Position numbers and translations under genes: made by a program
The notes under the pieces: model-generated
What the model was told of the DNA's origin: nothing
The model's input: the letters and a program-made list of their open reading frames with translations, nothing else
The model's database searches: none
Shown: positions 27,149 through 36,750 of the stretch, in pieces
Position numbering within the stretch: position 1 is the first letter of the stretch
How the letters are laid out: each line of letters starts with the position of its first letter
Assembly (NCBI GenBank): GCA_029861865.1
Contig: JAOTYL010000001.1
Coordinates: forward strand, 498,536-562,535
Direction of reading: 5' to 3'
Length of the DNA stretch: 64,000 nt
Source: Myxococcales bacterium
GTDB taxonomy: Bacteria; Myxococcota_A; Polyangia; Polyangiales; Houyiibacteriaceae

Positions 27149-27774
27149 CTACCGGCCGCGTCGCCATCGTCGATTTGGGCCTTGGGAACCTCCACAGCGT
27201 GGCCAAGGCCTTCGAGCGCGCGGGCGCTAAGCCCGTGCTGAGCGCCGACCCGGATGTTCTGCTGCGCGCCGACCGTCTCGTGATGCCCGGGCAAGGTGCA
27301 TTCAGAGAGTGCTCACATGCGCTGGCAGGCGAGGTCGGCGAGGCGGTGCGCGCCTGGATCGATAGCGGCCGTCCGTACCTGGGTATCTGCCTCGGGATGC
27401 AAGCGCTGTTCGAGTCGAGTGAAGAGGCTCCAGGAGAGCCGGGGCTGGGCATCTTCCCGGGGAGCGTGCGGCGATTCTCAGTCGATCTTCGCGACGAGGG
27501 CGGCATGCGATTGAAGGTTCCTCACATCGGATGGAATCAAATCGCCAGCAAGCATCCCGTGTTCGAAGACGGCGCGTGGTACTACTTCGTGCATAGTTAT
27601 TACTGCGTCCCCGAGGACGAGGCCCTCGTGGTTGCGACGACCGATTACGGCGGACGTTTCTGCTCCGCGATCGCTCGCGACAACGTGCTCGCTTGCCAAT
27701 TCCACCCCGAAAAGAGCCAACACGCCGGAGTCCGCGTGATCGGGCACTTCCTCGGAGACGTTTCGTGGAGTTGA
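27145..27774 (+). CDS. hisH: Imidazole glycerol phosphate synthase, glutamine amidotransferase subunit
   Basis: VAIVDLGLGNLHSV, GICLGMQ (catalytic Cys), FHPEKS. The ATG at 27145 overlaps the hisB stop (ATGA). Confidence 0.93.
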   Translation: MTTGRVAIVDLGLGNLHSVAKAFERAGAKPVLSADPDVLLRADRLVMPGQGAFRECSHALAGEVGEAVRAWIDSGRPYLGICLGMQALFESSEEAPGEPGLGIFPGSVRRFSVDLRDEGGMRLKVPHIGWNQIASKHPVFEDGAWYYFVHSYYCVPEDEALVVATTDYGGRFCSAIARDNVLACQFHPEKSQHAGVRVIGHFLGDVSWS

Positions 27775-28484
27775 TCCCCGCCATCGATTTGCTCGACGGC
27801 AAAGCCGTTCGGCTGCAGCAGGGACGGTACGACGAAGTCACCGTCTACGACGACGATCCGGTGGCTGCCGCGAAGAAGTTCGAGCAGCAGGGAGCCGAGA
27901 GGCTTCACGTCGTGGATCTCGAGGGTGCACGCACAGGGAGACCCGCACATGTCCCTTTGATTCAAAGCATCCTTCGAGAGACGAGCCTTCAGGTTCAAAT
28001 CGGCGGCGGAATCCGAAACGAGGACGTGGCGGCCCAATGGATCGACGCGGGGGCGGCGCGAGTCGTCTTGGGGACCATCGTGGTCAAGGCACCCGATGAG
28101 GCGCGTACCATTTGCGCCCGCCACCCCAATGCCGTGATCGTGGCGCTCGATGCGCGCGATGAAAAGGTTGCGGTCGAAGGGTGGCAAGAGCAGAGCGCGC
28201 AAGGCGTTTCTGAGCTCGCCACCGAAGTCGATCGATGGAAGATCGCCAGCATCCTCTACACCAACATTCATAGAGATGGGACGCGTGAGGGGCCGGACGT
28301 CGAAGGAACGGCGCGGCTGCAAGGTCAGGTCGGCACCACCGTGATCGCCTCGGGCGGCATCGGGGAGCTCGAGCACCTTCGTGCGCTGTCCGTGGCAGGA
28401 GTCCGGGCGGCAGTATGTGGCCGAGCGCTCTATTCTGGGGCGTTTACTTTGTCTGAAGCCTTGGGGGCGTTAGAGGGAATGTGA
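27765..28484 (+). CDS. hisA: 1-(5-phosphoribosyl)-5-[(5-phosphoribosylamino)methylideneamino]imidazole-4-carboxamide isomerase
   Basis: [18 protein letters not shown] and VIASGGIG. Start is GTG 27765 or TTG 27771, overlapping the hisH 3' end. Confidence 0.9.
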   Translation: MELIPAIDLLDGKAVRLQQGRYDEVTVYDDDPVAAAKKFEQQGAERLHVVDLEGARTGRPAHVPLIQSILRETSLQVQIGGGIRNEDVAAQWIDAGAARVVLGTIVVKAPDEARTICARHPNAVIVALDARDEKVAVEGWQEQSAQGVSELATEVDRWKIASILYTNIHRDGTREGPDVEGTARLQGQVGTTVIASGGIGELEHLRALSVAGVRAAVCGRALYSGAFTLSEALGALEGM

Positions 28485-29260
28485 TGCTTGCGAAGCGAAT
28501 CATTCCGTGTCTGGACGTCAAGGGCGGACGCGTCGTCAAAGGCGTCAACTTCGTCGGCCTCCGGGATGCAGGCGACCCCGTCGAGTCCGCAGAGCGTTAT
28601 AGCGACGGAGGCGCCGACGAGATCACATTTCTCGACATCACTGCGTCACATGAAGAACGGCGAACTTTGTTCGAGCTCGTCGACCGCGCGGCTTCGACCA
28701 TCGCAGTTCCATTGACCGTGGGCGGCGGGGTCCGGGAGCGCCGAGACGTGAAGGAATTGCTCCACGCAGGCGCGGACAAGGTTTCGATCAACAGTGCTGC
28801 CGTGGCCAATCCGTCTTTCGTCGGGGAGATGGCGGAGGCATACGGCTCGCAGGCCATCGTGGTGGCGATTGACGCCAAGCGAGCCCCTGGCGCTCCGGAC
28901 AAATGGACCGTCTATACGCATGGCGGGAGGCGTGATACGGGCCTCGACGCGATCGCCTGGGCCAAGCAGGTGGCCGATCTGGGCGCAGGCGAGATTCTTC
29001 TGACCAGCATGGACCGCGACGGGACACGAGATGGCTATGATCTGGTGTTAACTCGGGCAGTTGTGGACGCTGTGCCCATTCCGGTGGTCGCCTCCGGAGG
29101 CGTCGGGACCCTGCAGCACGTGCATGAGGGTCTGGCCTTCGCGGGGGCCGATGCGGCGCTTGCGGCTTCTATCTTTCACGATGGTCATTACACTGTGGCC
29201 GAGGTCAAGCGCTACCTGCTCGACCAAGGGGTATGTGTACGTCCGCCTGAGGCAGACTGA
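28481..29260 (+). CDS. hisF: Imidazole glycerol phosphate synthase, cyclase subunit
   Basis: [17 protein letters not shown] and VVASGGVG. Start overlaps the hisA stop. Confidence 0.95.
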   Translation: MMLAKRIIPCLDVKGGRVVKGVNFVGLRDAGDPVESAERYSDGGADEITFLDITASHEERRTLFELVDRAASTIAVPLTVGGGVRERRDVKELLHAGADKVSINSAAVANPSFVGEMAEAYGSQAIVVAIDAKRAPGAPDKWTVYTHGGRRDTGLDAIAWAKQVADLGAGEILLTSMDRDGTRDGYDLVLTRAVVDAVPIPVVASGGVGTLQHVHEGLAFAGADAALAASIFHDGHYTVAEVKRYLLDQGVCVRPPEAD

Positions 29261-29269
29261 GGGGAAGCG

Positions 29270-31108
29270 ATGAGCATCGACGTGGGCGTGGGGCAACTGG
29301 TGGATGAGCTAGAGCAACGCGGTGATCGTCTTCCCTTCGAGATCGGCGCGTTCGTCGCACTCGAGGCGTGTGAGGGCCTGTTGCAGCAGGCGGTCAAGCT
29401 CGAGGCCGACGACGTGCGAGTGACCGCCGAGGGCTCGGTCGTCGTCGCCGCGTCAGCTGAGCGGGCGGAGCCCGATGAAGCGGCGCGATCGTTGTTGCTG
29501 GTGCTCTCTCGGCTTCTCGTCGCTGCCGGGCCTGGGGTGCCACCGCACTTGCTGCAATTGGTCCGCGAGAGCGTGACCGGTGAAGCGCAGCGGGACCTGC
29601 GTCACTTACACGACGCGATCGAGGCTTCGTTGATCCCCATCAACCGTGGTGCGTCGCGTCGCGTGCTCGCCCGCTTGGTGCGCGAAAGCGACAGGCCTCC
29701 CGTCTATGTAGAAGCGGCGATCGACCCCCAGGAGCTCGACGCCGAGCTCGACGAGCTGTTGCGCGACCCTGCATCTCGCTCGCTCGAGCCGGAACCGGGA
29801 AGCGTGCCTTTGCCCGTCGATGAAGAGCCGGTGACGGCGAAGATTACCGTGCCGAGGGCCGTGCTCGAGGCGGAGACGGCGGTATTGTCGGAGACAGCGA
29901 CAGAGACAGTGGCGGCGTCAGAGACAGCGACAGGGTCAGCGTCCGTGACAGAGTCGGTGGGGCGGGCTGAGGCCGAGACGGGGACCTTGGTGGTTTCGGA
30001 GGAGGTGAAGGTGACTTCGGAGCGGCCGCCATCGCCGAGGGCTCGTGTCGGGGCGGCTGCGGCTGACCCAGTGCCGACTACGCAGCCGCACGACGAGGCT
30101 GTCACCGCCACGATTCGAGTTCGCTTTCCCGAGACTGAGCCTGAGTCGGCTGAAGTGCCCATCGGTGAAGCGGACACCTCGTCCGGACATACGACTGCTG
30201 CCGCGCCCACGGATTCAGAGCAGCAGGCGCTGAGTCCGGCTTCGTCTGCGGTGATCGAATCGGCGACGGCAACGACCCAGCTCTGGGCCACCACGCCACC
30301 CGTGCAAGACACGCGCGAGTCGGCGGTTCCTCATGAGCACCTCGGAGCACGAGAGTCGTCGACCGGACGGGAGGCCACAGTCCCGGCAAGCCGATCTTCG
30401 GTGCCGCAGCCCCCCAAGCAGTGGGCGCAGCTTGGGCCTTGGTTGCTGGTCCTGGGGGCGGCCATCGGCGTGTACGCGCTTTGGACGACGGGCGTCCTCG
30501 ATCGCTTTGCCCGGTCGGGACAGCCCGCAGCGTCGGAGGCAACACCGCAAACCGGCGCCATCGAGGTCACAGTAGACCCGGCAGACTCTCAGATATTTCT
30601 CTTCGTCGGCCGAGGCCCAGCGGTCGCTGAGGGGTTGTCGCTTGCCGGGCCGCATGAGTTCGTGGTTTTCGATCGCGGCCTCGAGCCTTCCAGGGCCGTC
30701 GTGCCGGAAAACGCGACATGGGCGACCACCGAAGATGGTGCGAGCTACGAGCTGGCCGTTCAGGCTCGGCCGCTCGATGGCCTCAGCGATCCTCGTGCCC
30801 TAGGCGCTTCGCTGACCACGTCCTCGCCATCAGGCGAGCCGCGGGGGAGTGTCCGAGTGATCACCAACCCACCGGGAGCCAAGGTCTACCGGTTCGTCGG
30901 GATCGGGCCCAGTGTGGAGATCCCCAACGCATCGATCCACGAGGGGCAGGAGGTATTGGTCTACCATCCTGAGCACTCCGCGCGGCGGTCGGTCATCGGC
31001 CCGAGCGACTGGCGCGTCGCCCCAGGCCAGACCGATCACAGGGCAAGCCTCGAAGTGGCGCTACCCCCGCTCCCGTCAGCCGGACCCTCGGATCCGCCCG
31101 AGAACTGA
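29270..31108 (+). CDS. Hypothetical single-pass membrane protein with two C-terminal PEGA-like domains
   Basis: TM helix LGPWLLVLGAAIGVYALW. PEGA-like segments GAIEVTVDPADSQIFLFVGRG and GSVRVITNPPGAKVYRFVGIG. Low-complexity SETATETVAASETATGSASVTESV. The N-terminal ~150 aa are unassigned. Confidence 0.65.
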   Translation: MSIDVGVGQLVDELEQRGDRLPFEIGAFVALEACEGLLQQAVKLEADDVRVTAEGSVVVAASAERAEPDEAARSLLLVLSRLLVAAGPGVPPHLLQLVRESVTGEAQRDLRHLHDAIEASLIPINRGASRRVLARLVRESDRPPVYVEAAIDPQELDAELDELLRDPASRSLEPEPGSVPLPVDEEPVTAKITVPRAVLEAETAVLSETATETVAASETATGSASVTESVGRAEAETGTLVVSEEVKVTSERPPSPRARVGAAAADPVPTTQPHDEAVTATIRVRFPETEPESAEVPIGEADTSSGHTTAAAPTDSEQQALSPASSAVIESATATTQLWATTPPVQDTRESAVPHEHLGARESSTGREATVPASRSSVPQPPKQWAQLGPWLLVLGAAIGVYALWTTGVLDRFARSGQPAASEATPQTGAIEVTVDPADSQIFLFVGRGPAVAEGLSLAGPHEFVVFDRGLEPSRAVVPENATWATTEDGASYELAVQARPLDGLSDPRALGASLTTSSPSGEPRGSVRVITNPPGAKVYRFVGIGPSVEIPNASIHEGQEVLVYHPEHSARRSVIGPSDWRVAPGQTDHRASLEVALPPLPSAGPSDPPEN

Positions 31109-32464
31109 CTCGACTTCGCTTCGGATCGCTTCAAGCCGGGTCTGCGACTCGGCTTCGAAACGCAACACCAAGACCGGCTGCGTGTTCGACGCACGGACCA
31201 GCCCCCAGCCCCCCTCGAACTTGATTCGAGCACCGTCGATGTCGACGAGATCGTGAGTCGATCGGTAGTGTTCGATGATGCCTCGGACGACGTCGAACTT
31301 GAGCCCGTCTTCACATGGAACCCGAATTTCGGGTGTCGTGAAAGTCTCGGGCACGTCGCTCAGCATCTGATGAATAGGCGTGCTGGTGTGCGAGACGATC
31401 TCGAGAATCCGAAGCGCCGCGTAGATCGCGTCGTCAAAACCGTAGTATCGGTCTGCGAAGAAGATGTGCCCGCTCATCTCGCCGGCGAGCAGCGCGCCCT
31501 CTTCTTTCATCTTGGTCTTGATCAGGGAATGTCCGGTCTTCCAGAGGAGGCCGCGGCCGCCGTGTGCCTCGATGTCGTCGTACATCGTCTGCGAACATTT
31601 GACTTCACCGATGATCGTCGCACCGGGGTGCTCCGCAAGTAGCGCCCGTGAGAGGATGATCATCAGCCGGTCCCCCCAGATGATATCGCCGCGCGAATCG
31701 ATCACTCCTAGGCGGTCCGCGTCGCCGTCGAAGGCGAAGCCAAGCTCGAGCTCGTCGGAGAGCACCCGTTCTCTGAGCATTTCTAGGGTCTCGGGATCGG
31801 TAGGATCGGCATGATGCACCGGAAAGTTGCCGTCCATCTCGCACAACATCGCGACCGGCTCGAGGCCGAGGGCATTCATCGTCTCGATGCCCAACGGGCC
31901 GCCCGCTCCATTGCCTGCATCCAGGGCAAACCGGATGTGGCGGCGGCCGAGGCGGATGCCGTCCTTTGCATTTTGCACGTACGCAGGTGTTGGGTCGACG
32001 TGCTCGATCGTCCCTCCAGTCTTGCGGTGGAACTCCCTGGTCTCCATGATCCGACGCAGCTCGGCGATGTCGCCGCCGTATAACGGCGCCTTGCCCACCA
32101 TCATCTTGAATCCGTTCTCTTCGGGCGGATTGTGACTACCGGTGATGTGGATGCCCCCATCGAGGTCGCGATTGTGCACCGCGAAGTAGAGCAGTGGCGT
32201 CGGCCCAACCCCGATGTCGGTCAGTTGCAACCCCGTCTCGACGAGCCCACCGCAGAGCGCCTTGTGCAATCTCGGAGAGCTCAAACGGCAGTCACGCCCA
32301 ACTGCGATGCGTCGTAGCCCGCGACCGGAGAAGAAGGTGCCGAGACTCAGGCCGAGCAGGCGAACGAGCTCGTCTTCGAAATCTCGCTCTGCGTGCCCTC
32401 GAATGTCGTATTCGCGAAAGACGTGCGGATTCACTGGCTCACCTACGGGGGTCTTTTCGCTCAC
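31076..32464 (-). CDS. Phosphomannomutase/phosphoglucomutase (alpha-D-phosphohexomutase)
   Basis: Active-site loop ITGSHNPPEENGFK, Mg site FDGDADR, and GEMSGH. Start may be GTG 32434 rather than ATG 32464. Confidence 0.9.
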   Translation of the reverse strand: MSEKTPVGEPVNPHVFREYDIRGHAERDFEDELVRLLGLSLGTFFSGRGLRRIAVGRDCRLSSPRLHKALCGGLVETGLQLTDIGVGPTPLLYFAVHNRDLDGGIHITGSHNPPEENGFKMMVGKAPLYGGDIAELRRIMETREFHRKTGGTIEHVDPTPAYVQNAKDGIRLGRRHIRFALDAGNGAGGPLGIETMNALGLEPVAMLCEMDGNFPVHHADPTDPETLEMLRERVLSDELELGFAFDGDADRLGVIDSRGDIIWGDRLMIILSRALLAEHPGATIIGEVKCSQTMYDDIEAHGGRGLLWKTGHSLIKTKMKEEGALLAGEMSGHIFFADRYYGFDDAIYAALRILEIVSHTSTPIHQMLSDVPETFTTPEIRVPCEDGLKFDVVRGIIEHYRSTHDLVDIDGARIKFEGGWGLVRASNTQPVLVLRFEAESQTRLEAIRSEVESVLGRIRGSG

Positions 32465-33515
32465 GCAGCTTGGCGACCACCTCGCGGACGTCTTGGGCGC
32501 GGCTGCGCGGCACGATCAGAAGCGCATCGCCAGAGTCCACGACCACCAAGTCATCGACTCCTATGAGCGCGATCAGCTTCCCCGACGATGCGTGGACGTA
32601 GTTGCGATGAGCGTCGACGCACACCCCATCTTCTGGGAGCACATTTGCATGCTCATCTTGTGCGGCGAGCTCCCAGGCCGAAGTCCAGCTCCCGAGATCC
32701 GACCAAAGAAACGAACCCGGCACCACACTGACGGCGTCGACTTTTTCCATGATTCCGTGGTCGATGCTGACCGCTGGTAGGTCGGCGTAGGTCGCGCGCA
32801 CGGCGCTTGCTTCGTCTCCGGAGCGCGCGGCTTCGTCGTAGCGCTTGAGCTCGTTGCCGAGGCCAGGAAGATGTTGGTCGATGGCCTCGAGGATCCGGGA
32901 TGCGAGAAAGAAGAACATCCCGCTGTTCCAGAGAAACCTATCGGACGCGACGAACTGCTCTGCCCTCTGGCGGTTGGGTTTCTCGACGAACCGGCGTGCG
33001 CGAAACACCCCCGGGTCGAGCTCACCGCCGACTTCGATGTAGCCGTAGCCGGTTTCGGCGCGGGTGGGGCGGATCCCGATGGTGACGTAGTCCCCATGGG
33101 TTGCTGCTTCGAGCCCGCGGCGAAGACTATCCGCGTATCCGTCGCTCTCGCTGATGTAGTGATCGGCGGGGAGCACCGCCATGATCGCGTCCTGGTTCTG
33201 GCGCATGATGTGGCTTGCGGCCCAACCGATACAGGGAGCGGTATTACGGCCGACCGGCTCCGCGAGGATCTGTCTGGCCTCGAGCTCGGGCAGCTCCTTC
33301 TCGACCAAGTGACGCTGGCTTTCAGCGGTCACGACCCAGGTGCGGCTCGGGGGGAGCACCTCCCAGACCCGCTCGGCTGTGGCCCGAAGCAACGTCCGGT
33401 CATCGGGTCCGAGAGAGAGGAACTGTTTCGGGCGCGACTTTCGGGAAAGAGGCCAGAACCGTGTCCCTGACCCTCCCGCCATGATCACCGCGTGTGCTTT
33501 GTCGAGTTCCGTCAT
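32439..33515 (-). CDS. Mannose-1-phosphate guanylyltransferase
   Basis: VIMAGGSGTRFWPLSR and GYGYIE motifs. 358 aa, with no PMI/cupin tail. Confidence 0.88.
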   Translation of the reverse strand: MTELDKAHAVIMAGGSGTRFWPLSRKSRPKQFLSLGPDDRTLLRATAERVWEVLPPSRTWVVTAESQRHLVEKELPELEARQILAEPVGRNTAPCIGWAASHIMRQNQDAIMAVLPADHYISESDGYADSLRRGLEAATHGDYVTIGIRPTRAETGYGYIEVGGELDPGVFRARRFVEKPNRQRAEQFVASDRFLWNSGMFFFLASRILEAIDQHLPGLGNELKRYDEAARSGDEASAVRATYADLPAVSIDHGIMEKVDAVSVVPGSFLWSDLGSWTSAWELAAQDEHANVLPEDGVCVDAHRNYVHASSGKLIALIGVDDLVVVDSGDALLIVPRSRAQDVREVVAKLRERKDPRR

Positions 33516-33530
33516 GGTTGGCGGTCGGTT

Positions 33531-34355
33531 CTAGCGCGTCACTAGATACAGTCCGAGGGGCAGGAGATAGAAGGCGAACATCCACATGCGCCCCACGAAT
33601 ATGACTCGGCGAAGAATAACAAGCGCCACGTACCCCGTCACCAGTGCCGTTGCGCCGCCGATCCACACCGAGCCCTCTAGCGACCCGAGCTCTGCTGAGG
33701 TGCCCGCTTCGAAGCTGGCTGCGCCGATGATGGCGGGAATCGAGATGAGAAACGAAAATCGGAAGGCCTCGGAGCCACGGGCACCCAAGAGCATGGCCGT
33801 CGCGATCGTCACGCCGCTCCGGCTCACCCCCGGGAGGACCGCCAGGCCCTGCGCGAGGCCCACGACGATCGCCATCCACCAGGCCACCTCGGCGCGCCCA
33901 CCGTTCGCGAGGCCGCTCGCCAGCAAGAAAGCCGCGGACACCAGGAACCCGAGGCCGATGAGGCGCAGGTTTTCGGTGAACTCCTCGGCCGTGTGTAGCA
34001 GCGCCACACCGAGGACCATCGTGATGACGGTCGCGATCAGGATCGCCGTCAGAGTGCGGCCCCCTGCCGTCGAGCGCAGTCTGCCCGGATGGCGGGTCGA
34101 ATGCACGAATTCTCTCAGCAGTAAGGCCACGTCCTGCCTGAGGAATAGGATGGTCGCCAGGAGCGTCCCCAAATGAAGAAATACCGTGAGCGCCAGGGGG
34201 TTCTCGCGTACCCCGAGAACCGCGGCGCCGACGGCAACGTGCCCACTGCTCGACACTGGAAGAAACTCGGTCAGGCCCTGAAGCGCGCCCAGTGCGGCCG
34301 CGGTGATCGCGTCGATCCCCTCCGACACAGTGCCAGGCCATAGCGGCTGTTTCAC
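33531..34355 (-). CDS. uppP: Undecaprenyl-diphosphate phosphatase
   Basis: GLTEFLPVSSSGH and PGVSRSG motifs. A polytopic membrane protein. Confidence 0.92.
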   Translation of the reverse strand: MKQPLWPGTVSEGIDAITAAALGALQGLTEFLPVSSSGHVAVGAAVLGVRENPLALTVFLHLGTLLATILFLRQDVALLLREFVHSTRHPGRLRSTAGGRTLTAILIATVITMVLGVALLHTAEEFTENLRLIGLGFLVSAAFLLASGLANGGRAEVAWWMAIVVGLAQGLAVLPGVSRSGVTIATAMLLGARGSEAFRFSFLISIPAIIGAASFEAGTSAELGSLEGSVWIGGATALVTGYVALVILRRVIFVGRMWMFAFYLLPLGLYLVTR

Positions 34356-34440
34356 CCCACTGCAAGGCGTGATGACGGCGACTTCACCGCATGTGAGCGT
34401 GGCTGTTTCGGTCCGGTTCGATTAGGATTCGGCGGGCCTT

Positions 34441-35859
34441 ATGCGAGAGACTTGGAACGCGGCGCGGGTCGGCCTAATGGTGGTCCTTGGGCTGATCGTG
34501 ACCTATGCGGTCTATCGCTACGTCGACGAACGGGCGTCGACCGAATCGGGCTATGGGGTCCACGCCTATTTCGACGACGTGCAGGGGCTCATCGCCAAGT
34601 CCCGTGTCTTGGTTGCGGGCATTCCAGTCGGTTACATCTCGACGATCCGACTCGAGGGCGACAAGGCTCGGGTCGACCTCCGGATCGAGGGTGGGGTAAC
34701 CCTCTACGACGATGCCTCGGTGACCATGCGAAGCCTCTCTCTTCTTGGAGAGCGTGTTCTCGTCATCAACCCTGGCACGATTGGGCTCCCCGAGATTCCT
34801 GACGGGGGAGAGATCCGTGTTGCCTCCGAGGGTGTTCAGACCGACGACATCCTGGTGACCGTGAACGACATTGCACAAAGCGTCCGGCGGATCACGACCC
34901 AGATGGAACGCGCCTTCGGTAGCGACGAGGCGGGAGAACGAATGGAGAGCGCCCTCCGCAACCTGAGCGACGCGCTCGAGAACATCAAGGTGGTTACCGA
35001 CGAGGCAGGCCCACGAATCATCAACATCATGGAAAACGTCGAGATGGCGACCGGCGATCTCAACGACATCATCCAGAAACGCAAAGGCGACATCGACCGT
35101 GGGGTGGCGGAAGTCGACGACACGATCGCATCGATTCACCGGGCCGCCGATCAGCTCAACGCGGTGCTCGAGGACGTGAAAGAGGTGTCCGGCCGAACGG
35201 CCCGGGGCGAGGGAACCTTAGGTCGCCTGACGCAGGACGAGGCGCTAATCGACGAAGTGGAGGGAGTCGCCGAGGGTCTCAACAATTTCGTTGGGGGGTT
35301 GAATCGCCTTCGCACGATCGTGGAGCTCAAGAGCGAGTACTACGCTCTGGGGAGCGCGTTTAAGACTTACTTTTCGATCTACCTGAAGCCCAGGGAAGGG
35401 CGGTACTTCTTGTTTCAGGTCGTCGACGATCCGCGCGGGAGTGTCAGCATAAGCGACACGATCGTTCGTCAGAGCCCGCCCCCTTTGTTTGAGCCGAACG
35501 AATTTCGAAGGACCGAGATCACCCGCACCAATCGCCTCAGGTTCTCGGCCGAGTTCGGCAAGACGATTTCGTTTGCCACCTTTCGCTTCGGTATCATCGA
35601 ATCGACGGGCGGCCTGGGCTTGGACCTCGACTTTCTCAAGAATCGGCTGGAGTTCAACGTCGACCTGTTCGATCTCGGGCGCTTTGCATGGCCGCGGCTT
35701 CGCGTTCGCGCGGGGTATGAAGTTCTGCGGCGCTTCTGGCTCTTGGCTGGGGTCGACAACATCATCAACGGAGGGCGGGACTACTTTTTCGGACTCCAGT
35801 TACGCTTCGACGACGAGGATCTGAAGCCACTGATCCCGCTCGGGGCGGTTGCGCTTTGA
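34441..35859 (+). CDS. MlaD/MCE-domain protein with a long C-terminal extension
   Basis: N-terminal TM helix, then an MCE fold (YFDDVQGLIAKSRVLVAGIPVGYISTIRLEGDKARVDLRI), a helical region and a beta-rich tail. No MlaE/MlaF genes are adjacent. Confidence 0.75.
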   Translation: MRETWNAARVGLMVVLGLIVTYAVYRYVDERASTESGYGVHAYFDDVQGLIAKSRVLVAGIPVGYISTIRLEGDKARVDLRIEGGVTLYDDASVTMRSLSLLGERVLVINPGTIGLPEIPDGGEIRVASEGVQTDDILVTVNDIAQSVRRITTQMERAFGSDEAGERMESALRNLSDALENIKVVTDEAGPRIINIMENVEMATGDLNDIIQKRKGDIDRGVAEVDDTIASIHRAADQLNAVLEDVKEVSGRTARGEGTLGRLTQDEALIDEVEGVAEGLNNFVGGLNRLRTIVELKSEYYALGSAFKTYFSIYLKPREGRYFLFQVVDDPRGSVSISDTIVRQSPPPLFEPNEFRRTEITRTNRLRFSAEFGKTISFATFRFGIIESTGGLGLDLDFLKNRLEFNVDLFDLGRFAWPRLRVRAGYEVLRRFWLLAGVDNIINGGRDYFFGLQLRFDDEDLKPLIPLGAVAL

Positions 35860-36704
35860 AGAGGGTCATCGAAGGGGCCGGAGCGGTCGCGAAGTCGCCC
35901 GTCGGTTTCGCTCGCGGGTTGTCTTATGCGTTCCAAGGCGTGCGCTTCGTGTACTTTCAGCATCCGAGCCTGGTGCGATACTGGCTGTTTCCGATCCTGA
36001 TCACCGCGGTCGCTTTGTTTGGGGTGTTCTATGGCGCGGGGAGCTACTACGACGCCCTCGGGGATGCGCTGTGGTCCTGGCTGCCGGATAGTTGGGGCCA
36101 GGCTACAGGTTGGGTTGGGGCACTGCTTGCCGCGCTTCGTTGGGTGATCGATTTGCTCCTGGGCTTGCTCCTCGCGGTTCTCGGTCTGGTGCTCGTGGTG
36201 ATTCTCTCGAGCATCGTTGCCGCCCCTTTCAATGATGCACTGAGCGAAGCTGTGGAGCACATTCTGACCGGCGAGCCCGCCCCGCCGTTTTCATTCAAGA
36301 GAATGGTCGCTGACATCGTGCGAACAGTTCGGCTCGAGTTGCTCAAAGTGCTGATCTACGTCGCGGTCGTTGGCCCCTTGTTCCTCGCTTCGTTCCTGGT
36401 GCCTGGGATCGGCCAGATCATCTCGCTGGTTGGCTTCGCGCTTACGGCCATCTACCTCGGCGTCGACTACGTGGACTGGCCCGCCGCCCGCCGCGACTGG
36501 TCCGTCGCTGACCGCGTGGGCTTCGTTCGTCGGCGATTGGCCGCAGTGGCAGGCTTTGGGACTGGGGTTTGGGTGCTCTTGTTCGTGCCCCTCGTGAACC
36601 TTTTCTTCATGCCCGCGGCGGTGGCAGGAGGCACGATGCTGTTCATCGCCTCCACGCCCCCGCGCACTGAGAAAAGGGGACAGTCCCCTTTTCGTGAGGG
36701 TTAA
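35856..36704 (+). CDS. EI24/CysZ-like integral membrane protein
   Basis: Multiple TM helices and an AAPFNDALSEAVE segment, as in the CysZ/EI24 family. TTG start overlaps the previous stop. Confidence 0.6.
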   Translation: MKRVIEGAGAVAKSPVGFARGLSYAFQGVRFVYFQHPSLVRYWLFPILITAVALFGVFYGAGSYYDALGDALWSWLPDSWGQATGWVGALLAALRWVIDLLLGLLLAVLGLVLVVILSSIVAAPFNDALSEAVEHILTGEPAPPFSFKRMVADIVRTVRLELLKVLIYVAVVGPLFLASFLVPGIGQIISLVGFALTAIYLGVDYVDWPAARRDWSVADRVGFVRRRLAAVAGFGTGVWVLLFVPLVNLFFMPAAVAGGTMLFIASTPPRTEKRGQSPFREG

Positions 36705-36750
36705 GGCGTAAAGTTTTGGGGCAATTGGCGCGGGTGCTACCCTGAATTCC

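Noticed and set aside
31076-31108. 33-bp convergent 3' overlap between the PEGA protein and the phosphohexomutase, and a 56-bp overlap between trpC and the PilS-like kinase at 43993-44048.
   Set aside because: Both partners end in plausible, non-conserved tails. Convergent overlaps of this size are common in compact GC-rich genomes. I noted them but do not consider them significant.
33400-34365. 321-aa minus-strand ORF overlapping uppP in another frame. Similar alternative-frame ORFs occur at 22730..23584, 25316..26050, 42367..43164, 51055..51891 and 27645..28376.
   Set aside because: These are out-of-frame or antisense shadows of well-supported genes, with Arg/Gly/Pro-rich nonsense composition.
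34400-34435. GGTTCGATT, resembling a tRNA T-loop, in the uppP/MCE spacer.
   Set aside because: No acceptor, D or anticodon arms can be drawn, and the spacer is only 85 bp. It is not a tRNA.
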